64,000 nt of DNA from Eledone cirrhosa (lineage: Eukaryota), in NCBI GenBank assembly GCA_964016885.1, contig OZ024755.1, forward strand, positions 14,074,001 to 14,138,000. The letters are read 5' to 3'. Under the pieces are notes generated by a model, which was not told the DNA's origin, did not search any database, and saw only the letters and a program-made list of their open reading frames with translations. The position numbers were made by a program, and so were the translations under genes. Positions 1-13,450 of the stretch are shown here, piece by piece; the stretch's first letter is position 1; every line of letters begins with the position of its first letter.

Positions 1-1113
1 TCTTTCATTAGAAATATGGTAATGGAAGAGTTAAACAGAGGATTGTAAAAACAATCAATATATTATATTTTATCGATCTATAGTTAAAAGATGTAAATTT
101 TAGATTCCTCTGAAAATGAGTCTGCTGCTATCAGTCCACTGAATAGCCATTTTTAGCTTTAAAAATATAATAGTTGAGACTATCGGAGCCACATAATTTA
201 TTATAAACAAAAATACTTACAAGAAAACATGAATTTAGTTAACTTTTTTCTTATTCAATGCGATATTTGTCTTTGAATCTAATCGAAAATTACTTCAATG
301 TCAGGATCACGAGTCGTGACTATTATTTTAATACAGCATTGTATATTTAATAAAATAAACTAAAACTATTTCAGAGATCCTATCAGCCACTCAAGATAGG
401 CTGCGGAGCCGAAGGTTCCTTAACACCTCACTTGGACAAAAACCTCACTTGGACAAACACCTTACTTGGACAAACGATTATTTTAAAAGAAACACATTAA
501 AATATTTTGAGGGAATTTATTACTTATTGGATTTAAAAAAAACGTTTTTAATTTTTTTCTTTTGTTTTCTAATAAAAGTTTATGATTTCAATACGTTTTC
601 TTTTGATAAAATTTCTAAAATAACTAGAGTAATTTCGATACGTTTGTTTTAGTAAAACTCTCATAAAAATATTTATTATACTAGTACTTCCTTTAAAGAA
701 ATGTTTAAGTAGAAATGTGTTAGAAGAGGTTGATTTTGTCAGGAGGTCATTAATTAAAACATATCAATACAGTTTTTTTAGTATGACTGGAGGGTCGGAC
801 ACAGGCATTGTTGGCTGGGTAAAGAACTTTGCTTCACAATCAGACAAATACGTGTTCGATCCCACTGTGTGTCATTTTGAACAAGGTCTTAAAATAAAGA
901 ACCTGTTAATAAAGTGTTAATTACATAATAATTATTTTATTATATACTCATATGTTGTAGCATGTTTGGTTGTGGTGTTAAAATGTTCTCTTTACAATTA
1001 CAATAATTTGGTTTTCGACTTATATCCCACTGCTTGGTTCCTTGAGCAAGTCTTTTCTAATACACCAAGCCGATCATTGCCTAGAGAATATATTTGGTCG
1101 ACAGGAAGCCCGT

Positions 1114-1159
<46 letters not shown>

Positions 1160-2604
1160 AAAGTTTTATTTAAAATTGTTGGGTTACAACGAGTAAATAT
1201 TTTATAACTGATATAAAAGCACTCAACAGTTTTTGGAGTAGGTTTACGATATTAAACAAATGGAAACTATATTTATAAAACCATATTTATTTCGTTATAT
1301 ATATTTCTGGGATATCATATTAAAAATATGGTATGCCTTCCTCAGACAAAATACAATATATAAGCTGTTTTATAAATAATTTTGACATACCTTAGAATAA
1401 TGCAACTTCCATTTAAAAAGTTGATTTGGTAGTGAAACTGTTAAGGACAGTTATAGAGAAAGAAAGACGAAGAAAAACGAAGATAAAAAGAAGAAGGTGA
1501 AGAGATGTATGTAAAGAAAAACAACAGAGCGAGATAGAGAGAGAAGGAGATATGGGAGAGAGAAATATATTGAGGAAGTGAAAAAATAGTAGGCAGCTTG
1601 GGGACAGATGATCACCGTACAAGTGAGAGGTTAAGGAGGGAAGGGATACAGTTAAAATAGCCGACACATAAATCACGTCCAGTGTAGAGGAGAAAAAGAA
1701 AGAAAGATGATATATTTAAAATATATTATGTCTCATCCATTTGAATTATCAATTTTTATGAATTAGGTATTAAAATGTAAACATCAATATTCATGAATGA
1801 GACATATCAATAATGTGTGAAAAAAATGACCCCATGCTTAGTTTAAAAATTCTTAGGTCTATAAGCAAAATCTGAGACAAAACTTCAAACATAAGTATAT
1901 ATGCATTCTCATGAAAAAAGAAAAAAGAGAAAAGAGAAGGTTATCTCAAATTCAAGTTGATAATTATAGACACACATGTGAACTTACGTGATATGCTCCG
2001 CAGATTCTTATTTTTCATGAAAATCTTCATTGCGTTACAAAAGATTCCCCCATACACATATGTACATACATATATATATATAGACATAAAATATACATTA
2101 ACATTTATAGTAATATTCCTGCCCTCACTTACATGATTATCAATCAAGCATAGAATAGACAACAGATATCAATATTAAAAATTAAAAACGCCAAGAATAT
2201 CTTCGTCACTCCACAGAGTATCTAGGGACGTAAGAGAACATAGTATGCCACGCATATCAGTCACATAAAACCACCCTTCCAATTTATTTGACAATATGTT
2301 GTCAAGTTCATTAGAAGCAATCAGAATCAAAAGCAAACAAAAACCAAAATTGTTCAACAAACCTTATTTAGCAGAAATCATTCAAAACTTATTCTACAAA
2401 TGCTCTTATATTTATTATAGAAGTTTATCTAACTTAAAAATTTATTCAAAAGATTGGGAACATCGCCAATTTTAGGGTAGTTTAATTAATCTCATTAATT
2501 ATATATTCATGCAGAAAGGTTTTAAAAAATTGAAGGAATCGAAAGATTTATCGCCAAGTTTCATAAATAGTTAAATATCTTAAGTAAATATACTACATTT
2601 TATA

Positions 2605-2773
2605 CTACATTTTAAATTTATATTTATATTTAAAAGTTGAGTTCAATCTATGTCTGCAGCAGCTGAATAAATTGGTTCGTAAATTAAGGGAATTTTTAGA
2701 TTTTAGTATAAAGAATATCTCCTCCGCGCAGAGGTCACATGTCTCAGAAGAGGAATTAAAAGGAATCCCTTTT

Positions 2774-2778
<5 letters not shown>
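2605..2778 (-). pseudogene. C-terminal fragment of a Penelope-like element ORF (end of the GIY-YIG endonuclease region)
   Basis: PFNSSSETCDLCAEEIFFILKSKNSLNLRTNLFSCCRHR fits the PY..CxLCxxEK..I....LN.R.EL.S.CRH terminus of invertebrate PLEs (recalled pattern). Truncated at the (TA)n tract 2779-2847. Confidence 0.7.
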
Positions 2779-2851
<73 letters not shown>

Positions 2852-4359
2852 GGAATAGAATGAAACGAAATTTCATTTCTCACTCTTAGTACGGCACTTA
2901 CATACTTATATACTTATATACTTACAATTATAACAATATATATATACATATATATATATTGTTATAATTGGGGATGGTCATATTGTTATAATATTGCCAG
3001 AAATAATAATAAAACACACTCACTGTTTGGTTTGGATTGGTGTTCGCTTCTGTATCTTTTATATCTCCATGGTTAATTTATCTGACAATCAATGTTTATC
3101 ATTGATTGACCAACAGTTAAAAATACAGATATAAATATATTTCTAATTTAAGCACAGGGCTAGCAATTTATCGACCCTGAAAGTTGACTTCGACGAGATT
3201 TGAACCCAGATTGCAAATAGCTGGAACAAATAACCAATTGTCTATTCTCCAGTATAATCATTTACTAAGTTTAAAGTGTGCAAGTGTATCTGCTATTTGA
3301 GAGTAGTTCAATCTATGGGTTAGAGTATTTAATTAGAATAACAAGAAATATTTACTCTTTTACTAGTTTAACATATGTAAAATTGTTGAATGAAGATCTA
3401 ACGTAAGATTCAATAGTGTAATTTCTTGTAACAACTGGAAAAGACAAAAATCGATTATATCCATCCGAAGCACTCGGCTAAGTCTTAACATCAAAGTGCT
3501 TGATGCTTTAAACAACGCTAAGTGCTCCCATGGGTCTGCGTATGCTCTTAACTTTGAAAGACATGAAAAGTCGCCGTCTTCTTCTGTATTCTCCTCGAGA
3601 ATGCCACCATTTGTATACTTCTGACCTTTTACCAGGTCGCCATGATAATTCAGTTATATTTTCTAGCCTGGGGCGCTGCTCTTTCAACCGATTTCCATAA
3701 TGTGCATCAAGAGGAAATATTCCATCTGATAACTGACAGCACACTACTGACCATATCAAAGATTATTCATTTAGCATTCAGCTTTCCTTTCCCACCCTCC
3801 TCCACCTTTTTTTTATCTTTCAACATCTTCTGCAGTTATTAACTATGATGGCAGCTCAATGATATTCTGTAGATAGTTATATAAACCTTAGCGGCTGCAG
3901 GGCTTAGTTTTAAACTACGTCACTTTTCTGCTTCAATAACCTACGTGCCAATTCATACTCGGTCAGTGAACCAACTACATGGTTTCTACAGCTAATTTCT
4001 ATTAGTGTTAGTTTAAACGAAACATTTCCCAACATAGATTCTAGTTAGTGAGAGAAAAATATCCGGAAAAGATAAAATTGCGTTAAATCGTAGTTTATAG
4101 ATGCAAATTTACTTTCTCAGAGCAGTTTTAATGTGTAATAATTAGATGAGAAGGAAAGCAAATTCACAGAAAGTCAGAGAACATCACAGAGAATCTGATT
4201 CCAATCTGAAGTCTGTAACATGTTATTTAGAAGTTGTGGCTCCCTAAAGAAGAGGTTGTTGACAAAATATGTGTTACGTACGGTCGTTCTACATGTATCA
4301 CAGTCTGACATTCTACCTATGCTGCAGACAGGAAATTATAAGGATTTTTTGCAATAGAC

Positions 4360-4630
4360 CCCTGGTCTGTCACAACAGCAGCAGTGTGTTGTTCTGTCAC
4401 AATAGCTGTTCCAACATTTGTTCTCTGACAACAGTAGAGTCTTGTGTTACAACACCAGTTACAGCTTTTGTTCTGTCACAACAACAGTACAGCTCTATTA
4501 CAACAAAGTTACAACTTTGTTACACCAACTGTACGGCCCTGTTACAAAAACTGTGGTGCCTTTTTACAACAACAGTAGAGCCTTGTCCTGTTATAACAAC
4601 AAGGTAGTATTCTGTTACAGCAACAAACTA
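4360..4630. repeat. Degenerate minisatellite (tgttctgt(c/t)acaacaacagt)
   Basis: About 10 recurrences of the motif. Confidence 0.75.
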
Positions 4631-5099
4631 AAGGACAGAATTTGGCAGCTGTTATTCGACCTGATTATTAAAAGTAACCGGGAAAGCTATAAAATATGTG
4701 ATTCACCATTCTTATAGTGATCAATAAACAAAATATTCAGAAATGTTACATGAAATTGTAGAATGCAAAAGTGAGGCATGTCACTATAGGTGTCGTTTTT
4801 TCACATACGGCGTCTAATGAATGTTAACACTGTACAAAATTATGTTAATTAAAAAGTACAAACATCTTGTTTCCATTCCCAGTCTCATATCCTATGGTAT
4901 AATTCAATTATATTTTAGGTGTTAATTAAAGGTGTTATGAAAGTTTGCATCATTCTTCACCTAATTCTCCAAATGAAAATTCTAATTTTCAATAAACATA
5001 TCTTGTATGTATGTATACGTCTCTATTCTGAATCACAAACAAATTGTATATGCTTTTATATAGGCCTCTTTTCTTAATCAGGCTGTGTAAATATTACAG

Positions 5100-5165
<66 letters not shown>

Positions 5166-5211
5166 CTGTAATATTTATATACAATTTGTTTGTGATTCAG
5201 AATAGAGACGT

Positions 5212-5397
<186 letters not shown>

Positions 5398-5436
5398 AGG
5401 GGTGCTGTACCAGTACATTATATTTTACGCGAACAC

Positions 5437-5702
5437 GGGCATGGCTGAATGGTTAAGATGCTGGCTTCACAATCACGAGGTCATGGGTTCGATGCCGCTG
5501 AGTGGAACTTGGGCAAGTGTCTTTACCATAATCTCGCGTAGACCCAAGCCTTATGAGACAAATTGATTAGACGGAAACTGTGTGGAAGCCTGTCAGGTGG
5601 TTTATACCTGTAATTCAAAGGTCCGGCCTTGTCATAACGTGTATTACACATAATCGGGAATTACATTAAAGTTATATACGTCTGTGGAATACTCAACCAC
5701 TT
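5437..5702 (+). mobile_element. tRNA-derived SINE family B (CORE-like ttgggcaagtgtct block)
   Basis: A box tggctgaatgg, B box gggttcgatgcc, then ttgggcaagtgtct..gacggaaactgtgtggaagcc. Related copies at ~963-1114 (+), 43345-43455 (-), 49345-49600 (+), 62575-62672 (-). Confidence 0.8.
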
Positions 5703-5706
5703 ATAA

Positions 5707-5963
5707 CCCTTTTGATAACAAACCACCTGAAATCGACCCTGCTCAGCAATACTAAAATGTTTATCTTAATATATTTATATTCTTCTAAAAAGCTTCTATC
5801 ATCATTTTATTTAAGAACCTTTGTTAAATTATGCCCCAAAATCTAATTTAACAATGTAAAATTTAATTTTCTTTATTAAATCACTCTAAATTATTGATTA
5901 TTTTCAAAACGTTTTCAAAATTATACACTTTTGTCTTTCATTAGATATATGGTAACGAAAGGG
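5707..5963. mobile_element. piggyBac-like (TTAA-type) non-autonomous MITE
   Basis: Ends are (ataa)ccctttTgataac and ggtaacgaaaggg(ttaa). Further ends of the same family at 1-32, 6702-6745 and ~60780-60946. Confidence 0.6.
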
Positions 5964-6351
5964 TTAATTCACGAACTAGGCGTTATCGTCAAATACGACG
6001 GAGGTTCCATCACCGTTATCATCATCAACATCCTCACCATCATCATCTCCATCATTATCACCACCATCATCACGACCATCACCATCCCCATCCCCTTCAT
6101 CATCATTATCACCACCATCACTACTATCACCATCACCATCGTCGCCACCGCCATCATCATACTATATACAATACTGTATACAATATATATATATATATAT
6201 ATTTATATACACACACACTCACACACGCGCACGCACACGCATGCGCACACACACAGGCACACACACAGGCACACACACACACGCACACACACACACACAC
6301 ACACAGGCACACACACAGGCACACACACACACACGCACACACACACGCACG

Positions 6352-6422
<71 letters not shown>

Positions 6423-6926
6423 CAGTACGTTGCAACCGTATATTTCAACAACTAAATGAGCTATCTAATCACATCGAGAACGTGTGTAGTGTAATAAACG
6501 ACAAGCACATATTTTACGATAGCAAACTAACGGTTCTACCTAATTAAATGTATAATTTATGTAGAGCATTCTTCTCGGACCATTGTCTTAATATGTTCAT
6601 TCTGTTCAAACTTAGAATTCCTGCAATGGTGTGAGAACCTGACAAGACTAACTACTACTGTGTCACACAATTCTGGTTTAACACATAATTTTTGAATCTT
6701 TGTTAACCCTTTCGATACCAAACCACTTACAACTGTGTCTGGCACAATCATTAAAAAAAAACTGTTTATATTAAGAGTTCATCATCATCATCATCATCAT
6801 CGTCGTCGTCGTCGTCATCATCATCGTCATCATCATCGTTTAACGTCCGTTTCCCCTGCAAGTAAGAACTGAACGGGTAGGTCTTCACAGACTGTCAGTG
6901 AAATTTAAGAAGGCAATGAAATAACG

Positions 6927-7121
6927 GTTTCTGATTTAGACACAAGGCCAACAATTTTTTTTGGGGGGGAGGAAAGTCGATTAAAACCAGTACGTTACAG
7001 TTGCTTTATTTTATCGATCCTGTGAGAATGAAAGGCAAAGCTAACATCGGTGGGATTTGAACCCAGAACGTAAAAGGACGTAACTATTCTGCGGAGCATG
7101 GTGTCCGACGCACTACCGATT
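6927..7121 (-). mobile_element. SINE family A
   Basis: Reverse complement of the family consensus, including B box and central domain. Confidence 0.85.
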
Positions 7122-7353
7122 AACACAACTTGTAAACGAATACAAAAGTCGGATATTTCTTGAGGAAGAAATAGACCCAAATATCATTCTTTATCCTGCT
7201 GTGATGAGCAGAAAGTTGTTATAAATGGGTACACAGCAAGCTCTCGTAATAGAAGAAGAAAAAAGCACTTTATTAAATTCAATTTCCAACGTTCGTCTAA
7301 TTTCTCATAATGCCTCACTCGCTGACTCTTTTTCTCTCTTTCCTCATACAAAC

Positions 7354-7407
<54 letters not shown>

Positions 7408-7413
<6 letters not shown>

Positions 7414-7720
7414 GAAAACGAAAAATCAGTGATGCATCTGAACTCAATTTATTGTGTTACAATTGTTTCGCCGGCGGACAGCTCGAGGCGCGATCATTGT
7501 GTGGATCTGTCTGATTCTGAATCTGCGGGTCCAGAATCAGACAGATCCACACAATGATCGCGCCTCGAGCTGTCCGCCGGCGAAACAATTGTAACACAAT
7601 AAATTGAGTTCAGATGCATCACTGATTTTTCGTTTTCTATTCTATCATACTATGCTCTGTAAGAGCATAAAGTGCTGAACCGGCATACCGCCCATGGAAG
7701 CATCTTAGCTACTATCAGAC
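7408..7720 (+). mobile_element. Foldback element 1: 112-bp inverted arms + asymmetric tail
   Basis: 7408-7519 is the reverse complement of 7532-7643 (no mismatch seen), with a 12-nt loop. Tail 7644-7720. Abuts (TA)n(GA)n. Confidence 0.85.
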
Positions 7721-8534
7721 ATAATAGACGTTATAGACTTTGACAATAACTGCAACGCCTTTCGTTGCTCTGGGGTTAGTGAAGAAGGTTGTGTGGTGGT
7801 AATAATGTCACCGATGATGATCCATACATTAGTTTATGCTATTTACATTCAACTCTGCGTTGTTTAATGCCGATCACCCGTACATTTTATTCCAGTATTT
7901 ACATTGAACAAAATGCTGAATTAAATAACTACTAACCAGAACTACAAATATACCTTACTCTTGTTTTATATACCAAAGTATGTCCGTTTAGTTGTAGAGC
8001 GGGAGGAGGAGGAGGAGGAGGAGGAGGAGGAGGAGGAGGAGGAGGAGGAGGAGGAGGAGGAGGAGGAGGAGAAGAAGAAGAAGAAGAAGAAGAAGAAGAA
8101 GAAGAAGAAGAAGAAGAAGAAGAAACTTCACACAATGGCGTCGTGTGATATTTGTTCGTCTAATTTGATGCCGGCGGTAATATAATTTTAGCACATTTCG
8201 TTTCTTCTTCGGAATGCAATCATATGCAGAGTGAAACGTAGATATTTTTGCACTTTGCTAACACGAAATGCTTCTGGGAGACATGGGTGTGGTCGATTTA
8301 TTTTTCATTTAATGTACAGCTTCAATATTTACAAACTGCATCAGTTTCTATCTTCTATTTCACAAAAAGGTAGCGGACTTGATAGTAATGTTTAATTTGG
8401 TTGCATAGAGAATTATATTCAATTCTTATGCTGCTCGTAATTTCATAGTTTCTTAGATATGCATCTATTATAACTAGTGGCATAGCTTGGAAAAAATGCT
8501 TAGGATTTAGGAGAAGATACTTTCTTCTGCAAAT

Positions 8535-9000
8535 GAAGTGTTATGTATTTGAAGGGACAGTATCCCCACACGGTGGTACTATTTCTTTCAAATGGAATGT
8601 TGTGTATTTGAGGGGACATTAGCTTCACAAGTTATACCATCTCTTTGAAAAACTGTTGTCTCACACAGTGGTACCATCTCTTTCAAATGGAGTGTTGTGT
8701 AGTTGAGGGACAGTAGCTTCATACAGTGACACCATCTCTTTGAGGGATAGTGGTCACATATAGTGAAGGTTAGTGGCCACACATAGTGATACCATCTCTC
8801 TCGAATGGAATGTAGTGTATTTAAAGGACAATAGCCTCACATTGTGATACCATATCTTTCAAGTGTTATGTTGCGTATTTAAGTGACTGAAGCTTCACAC
8901 ACTGATATCATCTATTCCATCTGGAATGCTGAAGGACAGTAGCTTAACTTCACATATTTTTACTATTACTTTCAAATGGAATGTTGCTCGTATTCCTTTC
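8535..9000. repeat. ~58-bp minisatellite
   Basis: Unit tgtatttgagggacagtagcttcacacagtggtaccatctctttcaaatggaatgt, with shortened variants. Confidence 0.85.
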
Positions 9001-9714
9001 AAATCAAGATCTTACACATTTATATCATCGATAATCTATCGTATTATTCCAATAAATTCATGACATTATTCAAGTCTTCTGAATCTAGTAGATTGGGAAA
9101 CTGTAAAAGGGAAAAGAAATGATAAGATACTTAATTAAATAATTTTAAAGGGTTTTCAATACTTGCTTTGCTCCTTAGGAATACAAACCACTGATTATAA
9201 ACATGTAGCTGTTCTGTACAGCAGTTTATCCCATTTAAAATGTTCTTATAATCATTACAATCCAGAGCTAACTCTGCCAAGTTAGTTTCTATGTTTAATG
9301 GAATTGAAAAACTTGATTGAATTACGTATTGGCGTTTTAAACTGTAGAATTGCAAGTTCATATACCGTAATGTCATCGAGTAGAATTCATTAAATCCTCC
9401 CTACTCATTGCGCTGTACATATATGTATATCCCCACAACATAGACGCACAAAAACGTAAGCATACTTATATACTCACACACGCGCATGTACGTACACAGG
9501 AGCATAAATATAGAAAGAGATATAACTATTGCTGCTGGGGAAGACAGTAAGATGGATATAAGATATCGAGACTAGTAATAGGTGGTGGAATAACCACTCT
9601 CTATTAGTCAATATATCAATTTATCATGATCAATCAACCCTCTGAAACGATCGTAAAGCAATAAACGATTTAGGAACCTATCTTCGCTTTTTCATTTCAT
9701 TATTCAAAACACAT

Positions 9715-9784
<70 letters not shown>

Positions 9785-10614
9785 ATATATATATATGACT
9801 CTGTAGTTAGATTAGAATCTTCGATAGAACCGTGTATGATAAAAGTATACTACAAAAAATATAGCACTCACCGCATGATCTCGTTGGAATCATCTCTTCA
9901 AGACTGCATGGAGTTCTAACTACGTTATTGACCCTACCACAAACAGCTGGATACCGGAGAGATATAGCTATGCAAGTGTGTACATATACGCTTGCATGCG
10001 CATATATCAAATATATGCAGCATGCATATATAAAAAGAAAAACAAGAATTAGTAATTTCAAAGTTATTAGGTGAAATAACTATTTTAAGAATTTCCATTT
10101 AATTTGTTCCAATCTTTATTTACTTCGTTCCACTCTTTATTTCTTTGTATTCATGTTATATAGTTTTTAATGTTACCGGAATATGTAATGGGATTGTCGT
10201 TATAATTGGAGAACGATTGATTATGAATTCGGTACTTTATATGTCGGTCTGATGGAGTGAAATAACCTTTTTCCTCCAGCTATAATTAGTTACATAATTC
10301 TCTGTGTATAAATATTTGCATAATACTACAGCTGTGAGAAGGATCGTTACAGAAAGTGTCGTTACACAATAAACGGATGTTTGATTGATGCCTTCATTGT
10401 TTACTTGTATTATATTCTGTGATTGCATGTTCCAATTCAGCGGATAAAATTGTACTGGATTTACTGTAGTAATGGAATATATATGAGCAGTCCCTGGATT
10501 ACATAGTATTTCCATTTCGCCTTGTAACTCAGGTGATTGCATCGGGTACTGAATGTGGTTAGCGCCCGGATTATTTATAATCTTCCAAACCTAATTATAC
10601 ACACACACACACAT

Positions 10615-10787
<173 letters not shown>

Positions 10788-11289
10788 GAGAAATAGCTAG
10801 AGAGATAGGGAGATAGAGAGATAGAGAGAGAGTTAGATATATAGATGAATAGATTGATAGATAGATAGATACACTCATTCGTACATACACATGTTGGTGT
10901 GTATGTATGCCCCTATATACATGCACAAACATACACGCATGCACACATCAAACCCAAGCTGCAAAACAAATCTATAAAGCTGTTTAAACTTATTGACGAG
11001 GAAAATAACTAATAATTATAAAGAGGCAAACCAGAAAAGGACAATAAGACGACTGGTACAAAAACGTTGCAGTGGGTAAAAACTAGGAAAAGATGCCAAA
11101 TTAATGTGTCAGCGCAGTTCCCAAGAAAGATGCGGAAAGAGGAAAAAATATTCATTAAAATCTTTATAAGTCGCAAAGATTAAAAGAAAGAGAAACTAAA
11201 TATTGTAGAGAATAATTTCTGTTCGTAGGAGATGTTACCAAGACATGGAAACAAAATCAATAGCTGTCTTTTGTTAACAACTATCATTA

Positions 11290-12150
11290 CAGTTTTGATG
11301 GTAGAGAGGCGGGAATGGAGGTACGCAGACGACATTATGGTTTTGATGGTAGTGGGAAGAATATGGAGGTAGTGGGAGAGAATAGAGATAGTGGGAGGAA
11401 ATGGAGGTACGCAGACGACATTACGGTTTTGATGGTAGTGAGAAGGAAATGGGGGTAGTGGGAGGGAAATGGAGGTAGTGCGAGGGAGATGGAGGTAGTG
11501 GAAGGGGAATGGAGGTAGTGTGAGGGAAATGGAGGTAGTGGGAGGAAATGGATGTACACAGACGACACTACGGTTTTCATGATGGTGATGTCCATAGTGG
11601 TGACGTCGTTGGGGTTCCCGTAAATGGTGGTGGTGGCCTCGGTGGTGTGCAAATGGAGATAGGCAGGCGATATCAAAATTTTGATGGTAGTGACGTTGGT
11701 GTTGATGACGTAGATGGTGTAGCCGTCGATGGTAGAGACGTCGGTGATTGAGAAAAAGGAGTTGGTGGTGATGGTGACGAAGATGGGGGTGAAATGGAGG
11801 AAGGCAGACGCCATTAACATTTTGTTGGTGGTTATATAGGTGATGCTGAGGTTGATGGTGGTGACACCACTAGTGGTAACGTCATTGGGGTTACATAGAT
11901 GGTGATGACATCGATGGTCTTACATAGATGGTGGTGACGTCGTTGGTGCTACATAGATGGTGGTAACGTCGATGGTGTTACATATATGATGGTGAAGTCG
12001 ATGGTATTACATAGATGGTGGCCACGTCGATGGTGTTACATAGATGATGGTGAAGTCGATGGTGTTACATAGATGGTGGCGACGCCGATGGTATTACAGA
12101 GATGGTGGCAACGTCGATGTTTGATGAAATGGAGGTAGACAGACGATATA
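11290..12150. repeat. Compound minisatellite (20-bp and 29-bp units)
   Basis: ggaggtagtgggagggaaat units and acatagatggtggtgacgtcgatggtgtt units, with a recurring ggaggtacgcagacgacatta block. Confidence 0.85.
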
Positions 12151-12376
12151 AAGTGAACAAATATGTTGTGACTACAAAACTTGGCTCTTATTGCTGCTGC
12201 AATTTCTTTCCAGCATTGATTTTACTGTGAAATATTTTGCTGCAATTATTCACTGCTCGACGTCCATTAAAAACCGAAGATCCGAGGTTCAATATGGAGA
12301 ATACAACTGCTATTTTACCCAATTACATTTTTGAGTTCTTTGAGGAATTTGTTCTATCTTTTTCGTTCTTCCTCAC

Positions 12377-12445
<69 letters not shown>

Positions 12446-12752
12446 TTATCTAACTGTCTCTCTATCCTCCTCTCTCTTTCTGTCTGTCTCTCTCTCATAC
12501 ACTCATACATACATCATATAGTCAAACATACATACATACACACATACATATATATACTCAAACTTGTATGTATATATTTATAGTTTTTCCCTATCGTCAT
12601 TTATTTGTTGTTCATCTTGCATGTCTGCTATTTACATATTTATGTATTCATATATTTATTATTATTGTTAATATCCTTCATCATACATATGTATGTATGT
12701 GTATATATATATATATATAAACATGTATATATATATACATATATATATATAC

Positions 12753-12817
<65 letters not shown>

Positions 12818-12833
12818 TATATTAAACATATAG

Positions 12834-12881
12834 AGTGCTCAACTGGCATACCGCCTATGGAAGCATCAAAGATACCATTGA

Positions 12882-12885
<4 letters not shown>
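12834..12885 (+). repeat. Isolated tail fragment of the foldback family inside (TA)n
   Basis: agtgctcaactggcataccgcctatggaagcatc matches 7671-7704 at 31/34 positions. Confidence 0.8.
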
Positions 12886-12964
<79 letters not shown>

Positions 12965-13073
12965 CATTCATATACATATATATATGTGTCTGTATATATA
13001 TATATATATATATATAAACATATGTATATATATGCATATTCATATGTATATATGCATGTATACATATATATAT

Positions 13074-13135
<62 letters not shown>

Positions 13136-13157
13136 ATATACATATATGTATACATGC

Positions 13158-13200
<43 letters not shown>

Positions 13201-13329
13201 TATATATACACCTCTCATGTTCTGGAATCATCCTATTCCCATTGATGTTTCATTCAATTGACAAATTGACACAACACTATACTTTCGTTAGTAGTTTTAA
13301 CTTGATTGTCTAACATCCGAACTAATTAG

Positions 13330-13450
13330 TAGTGACGTCATCTCTGGTAGTTACTCAATCAATCAGGAAATTCTAAATATAAAAGAAATAAACAACTTGT
13401 TGACAGCCAATCGTTGAACAGTTGCCTAACTTGGCAAATCATTGGTGCTC
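13330..13450. promoter_or_regulatory. Candidate promoter-proximal motif cluster (CRE + two CCAAT boxes)
   Basis: TGACGTCA at 13333-13340, agCCAATc at 13407, ATTGG at 13441, all in unique sequence. Confidence 0.3.

Noticed and set aside
3508-3759. 83-aa ORF and a short resemblance of ~3515-3548 (minus) to the foldback tail
   Set aside because: No protein motif; the nucleotide match needs gaps and is too short to call.
5437-5500. tRNA-like sequences with A/B boxes
   Set aside because: These are SINE heads; no complete cloverleaf was seen and they continue into SINE bodies.
8135-8185. ATG GCG.. short frame MASCDICSSNLMPA after (GAG)n(GAA)n as a first exon
   Set aside because: Weak donor, no identifiable downstream exon or homology; cannot be supported from sequence alone.
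11335-11820. 161-aa mucin-like ORF
   Set aside because: Lies in a compound minisatellite whose 20- and 29-bp periods are not multiples of three.
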